From assembly GCA_026395055.1 (NCBI GenBank), contig JAPLZK010000004.1:273891-337890 (forward strand): DNA of 64,000 bases. The letters run 5' to 3'. Positions within the stretch are counted from its first letter, which is position 1. Each line of letters starts with the position of its first letter. This stretch comes from Candidatus Uhrbacteria bacterium (GTDB taxonomy: Bacteria > Patescibacteriota > Patescibacteriia > UBA9934 > GWF2-40-263). The notes beneath the pieces were generated by a model. The model was not told the DNA's origin. It did no database searches and worked only from the letters and a program-made list of their open reading frames with translations. Both the position numbers and the translations under genes were made by a program. Below are positions 18,041 to 25,576 of this stretch, one piece after another.

Positions 18041-19354
18041 AGCTAATCCGTTTCCACACAGCCCGCCACGCGAGGTTCAACAAGCTTATCGCAGACCGCG
18101 CCAAATTGGCGTTGCATAGTGCGTCCTAAGGATCCGGTATCCTCGGGATGTCGTTGATTCAGCAAGAGGGTCCCTTTCGAGGTTACCCACAGAATTTTTG
18201 AGCGCGTGTCGCTCTAGACGATGTTGTTGACCATCGTCATCTCTGTTTTCAGTAGTGCTCCGAAATTGCTCTAGGAGCGCGCATACAAACGATTTTCACT
18301 TCTCGTTCGTGTACGTTCAGCTACGATAACCGGTCTTCGTACTGCGCGAAGACGGATCTCCTTGGATGTCTTTCGACATGCTTACACCAACAGCTGAACG
18401 TTGGTGCTGCTCAGGGAAAAGAAGGGGTACATGGATCTCCTTGTTCCAGGCGGTGTTGCGTGCCCATGATCCCAATCGACGGGGTGAGCAGCGGGTTGTG
18501 GCGAAAGCGCATGAGTGACCGATGCCCGGACCCGCGGCTGCCTTGGTGGCTGCGGCGGTAACAGTGGGCGATCGCGTCGCGAGTTTCCGTACAAGAATGC
18601 GCATCTTGCAGGCCAACACCGTGTTGCATAAGACTTTGGGTTTGGGGCGTGTAACCTATCTATCAAATGCCCCGTACAAGGTTCTTGTTGGAAGAACCAG
18701 GAATCCCTTCACTTCACGCCGACCGCCTTATGCGGAAACCTTCAATCGGCGTTGCCTATTCACAATTTCAGATGCATGGATCCTCCTTGATCCTTCGTCA
18801 TGCCCGCTTCCAGTCGATGGAGAGCGAACGGGTTGCGCCAAAAGCACACTCAAATGCGACCGGTGCCAACATGGCCGACCGAGCCGCGGACCGCCAGGCG
18901 TGTGCCAAACCTGGGGTAAACATGTCCGACCATTGGCCGAACCGAGGTTACAACGCGCGGGTGCGTTGCAAGCTCGGAAAGCCGGACGATGTTTCGTGGA
19001 GAGACCACTAACATCGTCCAAGTTTTCCAATTCGCTAGACTTGAGATCTTCACCGGCTAATGGAGAGCCAGGGTCTCTTTTGCTTCATGCTTCGATCGCC
19101 TAATCATCGAGCATTGCTTTCCTGACGGATGTCGCTTATCTCACGGGTGACTCCTTAAGGGGTCGTTGTGGGTTGGGGCGAGAGGCCTAGTTGCCGAAGA
19201 GGCTCGCGACGATGCCGAAGAGGCAAACGGCGCCAAACAACTTCCAGCACCAGGACGCGAGAAACGGGTTACCAGCGTGGCGCGGATCGATTCCGGCCTC
19301 GATGCATTCTTCACGGTTCATGATCATCCTCCGGATCGTCGCGCTGCGAGCGAT

Positions 19355-19729
19355 CTAGTTGAAGTTTTGGATCCGCGCTCGTTCTTCGAGCATCGGAAGC
19401 ATGTCGATCACTTCGACGGACGTCAGGTGGATCATCCACTCGACGGTGTCGAGGCAAAGTTGCCGGCCGAGCTCGAACGCCCGGATCAGGTTAAGGACGC
19501 CGTTGCGGCCGATGAACGGTCCGCGGTCGCCGATGACCCAAGCAGGCGTTGCACCGAAGTGCGTCACAAGCTCGGTTTCGGAGACGCGATCGATTTCGCG
19601 CACAGCGAGTTCGATTTCGGCTTCGCACTTGAACAGGTTCAGGTCGAAGCCGGCTTCGATGAGCGCACGACGCGCACCACGGAATTCGACTCGGCCAGAA
19701 AGGGAAACGGGTTGATGCAAATGTTGCAT
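19355..19729 (-). CDS. Hypothetical protein (island gene W), 124 aa
   Basis: Normal amino-acid composition; the plus-strand partner is D/E/R-rich shadow. A family-2 repeat with a UUCG-tetraloop hairpin lies about 100 nt upstream. Confidence 0.5.
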   Translation of the reverse strand: MQHLHQPVSLSGRVEFRGARRALIEAGFDLNLFKCEAEIELAVREIDRVSETELVTHFGATPAWVIGDRGPFIGRNGVLNLIRAFELGRQLCLDTVEWMIHLTSVEVIDMLPMLEERARIQNFN

Positions 19730-19824
19730 CGGACTCCTTCATGCTCTTCGATTTCTCGAAGGCTGTTTGAACTGTTGAGAAACCAGGTACCAATTAGATC
19801 CAGAAAACTGGAGGCAAGGGATCC

Positions 19825-19915
19825 AGTGACCTCCCGAAGGCGGTGTAGACCATGAATATCTTGCGTATGAAATGAGTAAGCTTTCGCCTAGTCAAGCCAT
19901 TTGATATTCGCTAGA
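19825..19915. repeat. Island repeat family 2, copy a (AGTGACCtCCCGAAGGCGGTGTAGACCATGAATATCtTGCGTATGaAaTGAGT...CCATTTGATA)
   Basis: About 90 nt, aligns with 22381..22470. On the minus strand it carries a TTGACT/-10-like promoter and a conserved GCC-UUCG-GGC tetraloop hairpin. Confidence 0.6.
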
Positions 19916-20096
19916 TGTCCTTTCGGGATTATCTAGTTGCTCTCTCCTCCATTTCTCTAGATCGAAACTGTTTTGAAGTTGTAAAGTCATGGAATAAAAG
20001 TGGTTTTCTGTTTGATGATTGTTTTAAGGAACAATCAAACAAAACCTTCCTTCACTCCATAACTTCACGACTCCATCGTGTTGTATTTTTTCTCTG

Positions 20097-20160
20097 CAAG
20101 ATGCCGCGAGTGTTGACTCACGAACTCTTGGGAGACGACCGATGAATGAAAAGCGAGGTA
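20097..20160. repeat. Island repeat family 1, copy 2
   Basis: ATGCCGCGAGTGTTGACTCACGAACTCTTGGGAGACGACCG, preceded by an AT-rich ttccttcact stretch like copy 3. Confidence 0.6.
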
Positions 20161-20245
20161 GGGCTAATCATTCATCGGTCGTAAGGTCTTTGTTTATGAA
20201 GTCGTTAGACTCGACTTTGGAGCGGAAGCTTCAGGACGATTGCGA

Positions 20246-21451
20246 CTAGCGCATGTCGTCGATCAACTCCTCGCTCGCGCGGCGGCTCTGGTCGCCACGG
20301 CTGCCGCGTTCGCGACGGGCACCGGTCCAGGCATCCTGGTTTTTCCGGTACTCGTCGAGACCGGCCAGTTCGTCCGCCTTGGACATCTGCTGGCCGCGGT
20401 TGCTGCCGACCTGCTGCTTGGCCAGACGGTCGCGCTTCATTTCCGCCGACTTGCGCTGCGCCGCCTCTTCTGCCTCGGCCACCTTGATGCACGCCACCAA
20501 CTCCTCGAACGAGAGGGAGTTGTCGACGGTCATGCCCCACTCCTGCTGCTTGCGCGGGCCGCAGGTGAAGCGGGTCGCGGCGGCGTCGGGGGTGGGCGTG
20601 ATGCCGTTGCGGGTATTGTCCTTGATGACGGACAGCGCCGGGAAACGGGCGTCGCAGGCCTTGAAGACCGTGTTGTAGTACGAGCACCTCCGGAACAGGG
20701 TCCCGTTGTACTCGCCGACCTCACCGTACTTCAAGCCCTTGCAGAAGCTGGCCCAATTGGCCTTCTGCGCTTCGGCTTCGGCGTGCTTGGCTTGGCCGGC
20801 ACGGATGGTGCTGAGGCCGTTCGCCAGGCTGTTTCGCTCATCCTTCCACTGCGTGAACAGCGGGAGGTAGGCGTTGTCGATCAAGTTCTGCTCCGTCAGC
20901 AGATCCTGGCCGAGCTTGGCCTTGAGCACGTGCAGCGGGGCGATGCGCAACTGCTGGGCGGTGGCCTTGCGACCGCTACCCGCACAGGTGTACATCTGCT
21001 CCGGCTCCGCCTTGACCACGACCTTGACCACGGGGGCCTCGGGCGCGGCTTCGGCGACGACGGTATCGGCCACGACTTCGACTTCGGCCACGGGGGCTTC
21101 GGTCTCGGCCACGACTTCCACCGTCGGCTTCAGCGACGCGAGCTGCACTTCGTTCAGGCCGGCGAGGATTTCGCTCGGGCTGAACTGCTGCAACGCGGTG
21201 ACGCTGGCGCCGTTCTCGATCAGATCGGCGACCTTCGCCATCGTATCGAGACCCAGCAACTTGCCGTCCGGGCACAGGTACTCGGCCGTGATGCCCGCTT
21301 CGACCAACTTGGCCGCAGCGTCCACTGCCGGCTTGCCGCCGTTCGCAACCACGTTCTTCCGCTTCGCATCGATCACCTGATTCTTGGTCAGGCCGTCGAG
21401 GACGAGGTTGGCGTGGAGGATGGTGACGACGTTCGTGTAGAACTGGCTCAT
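20246..21451 (-). CDS. Hypothetical protein (island gene Z), 401 aa, with an internal Ala/Glu/Val/Pro-rich linker and a charged C-terminus
   Basis: Balanced composition, whereas the overlapping plus-strand 410-aa ORF is Ala/Leu/Arg/Gly-rich antisense shadow. No recognisable family. Confidence 0.55.
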   Translation of the reverse strand: MSQFYTNVVTILHANLVLDGLTKNQVIDAKRKNVVANGGKPAVDAAAKLVEAGITAEYLCPDGKLLGLDTMAKVADLIENGASVTALQQFSPSEILAGLNEVQLASLKPTVEVVAETEAPVAEVEVVADTVVAEAAPEAPVVKVVVKAEPEQMYTCAGSGRKATAQQLRIAPLHVLKAKLGQDLLTEQNLIDNAYLPLFTQWKDERNSLANGLSTIRAGQAKHAEAEAQKANWASFCKGLKYGEVGEYNGTLFRRCSYYNTVFKACDARFPALSVIKDNTRNGITPTPDAAATRFTCGPRKQQEWGMTVDNSLSFEELVACIKVAEAEEAAQRKSAEMKRDRLAKQQVGSNRGQQMSKADELAGLDEYRKNQDAWTGARRERGSRGDQSRRASEELIDDMR

Positions 21452-21714
21452 GGAAAACTCCTGATTGCGTGAGTCATACGTGATGCTCGACGCTCTTGAT
21501 TGCTAGGACACCTGCTTATAACAGCAGGATCTGCGCTGCCGGGATCCACATGGACCCGATCAGTTTCTGTAGCGGACAGTTCCGCTCCATAAATCCGATC
21601 GTGTCGGGGAAGGAAAGTCAAAGAGTCGAAGAGTCTCGGAGGGGGAACTATTTTTTTAAAATAGAAACTTCCTTCACTTTTTGACTCTTTAACTTTTTGA
21701 CTTGTTTTTGAATT

Positions 21715-21780
21715 CAGATGCCGCGAGTTTTCACTCACGATCTCTGAAAGCTAGGCGACGGGCTGTGTTGAAAGGGAGTG
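21715..21780. repeat. Island repeat family 1, copy 3
   Basis: CAGATGCCGCGAGTTTTCACTCACGATCTCTGAAAGCTAGGCGACGGGCTGTGTTGAAAGGGAGTG. Confidence 0.6.
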
Positions 21781-21965
21781 CCTTCCTTCACAGCCGCGTC
21801 GCCAGATCTCGAGAAGAAGACTTGTGCCACTCAATGCTCGAGACATTGAGTCCACTGTATGTAATCCGCACCCGACCGCCTTACGTCAGATGTTTCCAGG
21901 TACAAACTTGCATTGTTCTAACCATTCCTTTGCTCTGTAAACCTGAGCGAGGTTGAAATGATCGG

Positions 21966-22100
21966 CTAGTTGCCGTTCATGGCGCGTTCACGATCGCGGA
22001 TCCGTTTGGCGAGGGCCAGCAGGTTGCGGGTCGAGTAGCGCCGGGGGTTGATGCAGCGGGCTTCCAACGTGTGGATTGCCGCGAGGATGTTTGCAGACAT
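21966..22100 (-). CDS. Small basic protein (island gene Y), 44 aa: MSANILAAIHTLEARCINPRRYSTRNLLALAKRIRDRERAMNGN
   Basis: ATG preceded by AGGAG at the correct spacing. Lies in the high-GC island and is below the ORF-track size cutoff. Confidence 0.35.
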   Translation of the reverse strand: MSANILAAIHTLEARCINPRRYSTRNLLALAKRIRDRERAMNGN

Positions 22101-22132
22101 GGAACTCCTGTCGGAACTTGTTGAAGTGGGGA

Positions 22133-22285
22133 CTACTTGTGCACGAGCATCGGGATGACGATCGAGCTGACGCCGAGGAGCAGAAGCACCAACGGGTTGG
22201 TGACGACGCTGACGCCGAACTCGACGATGTCTTTGGCCGAGGTGCTGCGGACGCTGAACTTGATGTTCGAGAGGACGGTATTCAC
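22133..22285 (-). CDS. Small single-TM protein (island gene X), 50 aa: VNTVLSNIKFSVRSTSAKDIVEFGVSVVTNPLVLLLLGVSSIVIPMLVHK (GTG start)
   Basis: CAGGAG SD 5 nt upstream of GTG. Amphipathic N-terminus, hydrophobic core and basic C-terminus, resembling inovirus major coat proteins. A family-2 repeat lies about 90 nt upstream. Confidence 0.4.
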   Translation of the reverse strand: MNTVLSNIKFSVRSTSAKDIVEFGVSVVTNPLVLLLLGVSSIVIPMLVHK

Positions 22286-22380
22286 AGGGGCTCCTGATGC
22301 AAGCACTATCTAGTAGGCTCGCGCTGTAGTTTTCCCTTTGCCAATTCGTTCGGCGCAGGAATCCGGGAGTAGGTCGACTC

Positions 22381-22470
22381 AGTGACCGCCCGAAGGCAGG
22401 TGTGAATCATGAGTATCGTGCGTATGGAGTGAGTGAGGGTGAACCCAGTCAAACCATTTGATACTCACCG
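22381..22470. repeat. Island repeat family 2, copy b
   Basis: AGTGACCGCCCGAAGGCAGGTGTGAATCATGAGTATCGTGCGTATGGAGTGAGT...CCATTTGATA, aligning with 19825..19915. Confidence 0.6.
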
Positions 22471-22821
22471 CTTTCATTCACCGAAGTGTTTTGAAAGACG
22501 GTTTGCTCTCTCCCCCCGAATTTCTGCGTCGAGGTATATAAAAAGATCCATTGCTGCACGTATCCCTGCCTGCCGGCAGGCAAGCAAGCTTTGAGAGATA
22601 CGTAAAACAATAGATCTTCTTTGCTATTACCTAATGGGACCGATAGCTCGGCTCTCTCCCCGTTTGAGTTGTAAGGTTTGAAGTCTTTCTTCTTGCCTCA
22701 CTGCATCTTCGTGAACATACTATACCACTTTTTGTCAGTTTTGTCAAGACTCCAACCTAACAAACTAAGCTAATTATGCTAAATTTAGCTAAATCAATAT
22801 GTCAGGAAAGTCTGGAATAAA

Positions 22822-22920
22822 AAGAGGGGTAAGGGATTAGGGGCTAGGGACAAGAGGTGAAGGGCGAGGGATTAGGGATTAGTTAAGCAAATTGGCTACT
22901 AGTCCCTAATCCCTCGCCCC
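22822..22920. repeat. G-tract array (GGGGTAAGGGATTAGGGGCTAGGG...GGGCGAGGGATTAGGGATTAG) followed by an ~18-bp inverted repeat (AGGGCGAGGGATTAGGGA ... TCCCTAATCCCTCGCCCCT)
   Basis: Seven or more G3-4 tracts containing TTAGGG-like units form a potential G-quadruplex. The inverted arms flank a 24-nt loop. Located 35 nt upstream of the holB start. Confidence 0.6.
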
Positions 22921-22952
22921 TCGTCCCTCCTCATGCTATAATTCCAATACTT

Positions 22953-23948
22953 ATGCCCTCATCTCCCTTTCACAACCTTATTGGGCATGAACGCGTTCAG
23001 GATGTTTTGGGTCGCATGATTACCCACGATCGTTTACCACATGCATTCCTGTTTGTGGGGCCGCATCACCTCGGAAAAACGTATGTGGCAAAGCAGTTAA
23101 TCCGTTTCTTAAGCGACCACCCCCAGCCCCTCCTTGTAAAGGAGGGGGGCTCGAGTGTTTCAATGGACGTTATTGAACTTGGGTGTCTCACAGATGAAAA
23201 GACGGGAAAGAAAAAAACACAGATTTCTGTGGAACAAGTTCGAGAAGTTTGTGAGCGACTTGCGATGAGTGCCATGAATGGTGGTTGGAAGATTGCCTTC
23301 ATTAAAGATGCAAATGTCCTTTCGAACGCAGCCGCGAATGCCTTGTTGAAAACACTTGAAGAGCCAAAAGGAAAAACATTGTTCATTCTGCGCGCACCAT
23401 CTGTTGAATCGGTTCTTCCAACGGTCGCATCGCGTTGTCAGGTCATGCGCTTTCATCCGGTTTCAAGAAGCACACTCGCGACAGCTCTTGTAAAAAAGGG
23501 TCATGCAAAACCAGACGCAGAACTCGCGGCGGCAATTTCGCTCGGTCGTCCTGGTCGAGCGTTGCGATATCTCACAAAGAGCGAAGACAGATCGCAAACA
23601 GATATTGGTGTTGAACAAGCAATCGAACTGTTCTCTTCTACACACGCAAAACAAATTCGTTTGACCTCGACGCTGCTTCCAAAAGAAGATGTGAACAAGC
23701 GTACGGCGGCTGACCAAACGGTTCGGTTGTGGCAGAGAGTCTTACGAGATGATCTGTTGCGACAGGTTGGATGCGAAGAATTGGTTGTCTATAAGGGGCA
23801 AGGGGTTCGGGGCAAGGGGTTAGAGGGAAAACATCCGAATCTGGTTCAGCTGATTCAAACATTGAAAAAAACAGAAGAGGGAAGAAGCGCGATTGCGCAT
23901 AATACCAATCCACAATTAACGTTAGAGCACATTTTATTTTCTCTATGA
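22953..23948 (+). CDS. holB: DNA polymerase III delta-prime subunit (HolB), with two in-frame low-complexity insertions
   Basis: FLFVGPHHLGKTYVAKQL Walker-A-like motif and the ...PTVASRCQVMRF SRC motif. Insertions are at 23117..23150 (palindromic element) and 23790..23830 (G-tract repeat encoding KGQGVRGKGLEGK). Confidence 0.7.
   Translation: MPSSPFHNLIGHERVQDVLGRMITHDRLPHAFLFVGPHHLGKTYVAKQLIRFLSDHPQPLLVKEGGSSVSMDVIELGCLTDEKTGKKKTQISVEQVREVCERLAMSAMNGGWKIAFIKDANVLSNAAANALLKTLEEPKGKTLFILRAPSVESVLPTVASRCQVMRFHPVSRSTLATALVKKGHAKPDAELAAAISLGRPGRALRYLTKSEDRSQTDIGVEQAIELFSSTHAKQIRLTSTLLPKEDVNKRTAADQTVRLWQRVLRDDLLRQVGCEELVVYKGQGVRGKGLEGKHPNLVQLIQTLKKTEEGRSAIAHNTNPQLTLEHILFSL
23117..23150. repeat. 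G/C-rich palindromic element, copy D (GACCACCCCCAGCCCCTCCTT gta AAGGAGGGGGG), in-frame inside holB (encodes DHPQPLLVKEGGS)
   Basis: Perfect 9-bp stem, near-identical to intergenic copy C at 17747. Confidence 0.65.
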
Positions 23949-24991
23949 AAAAATTTCTTCCTCTTCTTGTCCTTCTCGTGCTTGCGGGTGCGGGTTGTTC
24001 AACAGCCGTCCCAACCGCCAATAAAGCAGACGGTGGTATTTTAAAAACCGTTGATGCCGGAAAAGTTTGGGTTCAAAGTTCTTTGGTTCCAACCGCAAAA
24101 GGAATCGGAACGCTTGCAACCGCAAACATTGTGACCATGGAAATGGATGCACAAGATAAAAATGTTTTATACGTTGGGACACGTGAAGACGGATTTCTTT
24201 ATTCTGACGATGCAGGTGCTTCTTGGCATCAACCAAGAGACAAAGCGTTATCAACAGGATTTATTCCGTCGCTCAAAGTCGATCCAAAAAATGTGTGTAC
24301 GGTTTATGTTGCAAAGGGGCAACGTTTGTACAAGTCTGTAGACTGTATGCGCACCTTCCAAAATGATGCGTACATTGAAAGCCGAGACAAAGTAAATGTC
24401 GTAAAGGTTGCGGTTGATTGGTTTGATCCACAAATTATCTGGATTGGACTTTCAAACGGAGATGTTCAAAAAAGTTTAGATGGTGGAAAGACTTGGAGTA
24501 ATTCGCTTCATGTGAAAGATATCATTACAGATATCCTCATCAACCAATCGGATAGTCGCATGGTGCTTGTTTCTACTTCCTTGAAAGGAATGATGAAAAC
24601 GGGTGATGGTGGTGCAACATGGGCCGCAGCAAATGTTCAAGGCATGAATGGAGCGTTAACGGTTTATGACATGATCCAGTCAAGTAATTCCGCAGTCGTG
24701 ATTGCAACAACAAAATACGGTTTGATTCGCTCAGGAGATTTTGGAGCAACGTGGAGCCCAATCAAACTTGTAAGCGCTCCAGGACAAGTAAACATCCAAG
24801 CGATTGGAATGGACGCCTCAAATCCGGATGTTCTGTATTACGCAACAACTGCTACGTTTTATAAGTCGCAAGACGGCGGAGCAACATGGCAAACGGGAAA
24901 ACTCCCCTCAAATCGCTTACCTCGCGCGATTTTGGTTGACCCAAGTGTGAATACCCTGTTATATATTGGAGTTGCCACGGAAGTGAAATAG
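23945..24991 (+). CDS. Lipoprotein with BNR/Asp-box repeats (Ycf48/sialidase-like beta-propeller)
   Basis: Signal peptide with lipobox LAGAGC. Five S-x-D-G-G-x-T-W Asp-box motifs are present. Confidence 0.7.
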   Translation: MKKFLPLLVLLVLAGAGCSTAVPTANKADGGILKTVDAGKVWVQSSLVPTAKGIGTLATANIVTMEMDAQDKNVLYVGTREDGFLYSDDAGASWHQPRDKALSTGFIPSLKVDPKNVCTVYVAKGQRLYKSVDCMRTFQNDAYIESRDKVNVVKVAVDWFDPQIIWIGLSNGDVQKSLDGGKTWSNSLHVKDIITDILINQSDSRMVLVSTSLKGMMKTGDGGATWAAANVQGMNGALTVYDMIQSSNSAVVIATTKYGLIRSGDFGATWSPIKLVSAPGQVNIQAIGMDASNPDVLYYATTATFYKSQDGGATWQTGKLPSNRLPRAILVDPSVNTLLYIGVATEVK

Positions 24992-25019
24992 GGAGTTCAT
25001 CATATTATTTTTTCTTGTT

Positions 25020-25574
25020 ATGCATATATTTCTGTCAGCCAATAAACCCCAGTTCGATACCGTATTAGATCACCTGCACAAAGAGTTGAATACGCTCCGT
25101 ACCGGACGTGCAACACCACAGCTTGTGGAAGATATTCGTGTAAATGCCTATGACTCCATCATGGAGTTGAAAGGTCTTGCTTCTATTTCTGTTCAAGATG
25201 CAAAAACAATCGTGATTGATCCATGGGACAAAGGACTTACACAAGCCATTGAAAAAGCGATTCGTGATTCTGGGACAGGACTTTCTCCTGCGGCAGACGG
25301 CGGAGTGATTCGCATCATGTTACCTTCCATGACAGAAGAGAATCGATTGAAGCTTGTGAAACTCATGAAAGAAAAGATTGAGGATTCTCGTATTGCACTG
25401 CGTGGTGTACGCGAAGGTGTGCGTGACGAAATTCTTGAAAAAGAAAAAAATAAAGACATGAGTGAAGACGAAAAGTTTAAGTTGCTCGATGAACTCGAGA
25501 AACTCACAAAAGATTTTAATGAACAGATTTCTGCCATGGCAGAAAAGAAGGAAGATGAAATCATGACTGTGTAA
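25020..25574 (+). CDS. frr: Ribosome recycling factor
   Basis: LRTGRATPQLVEDIRV...IDPWDK...IRIMLP...RNIRR-like motifs; 184 aa. Confidence 0.85.
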   Translation: MHIFLSANKPQFDTVLDHLHKELNTLRTGRATPQLVEDIRVNAYDSIMELKGLASISVQDAKTIVIDPWDKGLTQAIEKAIRDSGTGLSPAADGGVIRIMLPSMTEENRLKLVKLMKEKIEDSRIALRGVREGVRDEILEKEKNKDMSEDEKFKLLDELEKLTKDFNEQISAMAEKKEDEIMTV

Positions 25575-25576
25575 TT

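Larger units (their letters stand above)
17830..22500 (-). mobile_element. High-GC (about 60%) foreign island, candidate integrated phage- or plasmid-like element with genes on the minus strand only
   Basis: Sharp GC shift against a ~45% background. Only the minus-strand ORFs have normal amino-acid composition. Two families of repeated 5' regulatory elements and small SD-preceded ORFs are present. No integrase was seen. Confidence 0.45.

Noticed and set aside
18317-19103. Several 60-190-aa ORFs on both strands in the ORF-poor high-GC stretch
   Set aside because: All are Arg/Pro/Ala/Gly-rich with no start-codon context and mutually overlapping frames. They are better explained as non-coding or degraded sequence, as reported in the findings.
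17830-19355. Possibility that the high-GC ORF-free stretch is an rRNA, RNase P RNA or SRP RNA
   Set aside because: I found no hallmark motifs by eye. 16S: GTGCCAGCAGCCGCGGTAA, TGTACACACCGCCCGT. 23S: GGATGCCTTGGC, GACGGAAAGACCCCGTG. RNase P: GGAAAGTCCGGGCTCC, ACAGAACCCGGCTTA. SRP: GGAAGGAAGCAGC. A covariance-model search is still needed.
19166-19855. 229-aa plus-strand ORF overlapping island gene W
   Set aside because: It has D/E/R-rich shadow composition, and the minus-strand 124-aa ORF has the normal composition and an upstream conserved repeat with SD.
20240-21472. 410-aa plus-strand ORF in the island
   Set aside because: It is Ala/Leu/Arg/Gly-rich low-complexity sequence, exactly antisense to the better-composed minus-strand 401-aa ORF. 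It is treated as a high-GC shadow ORF.
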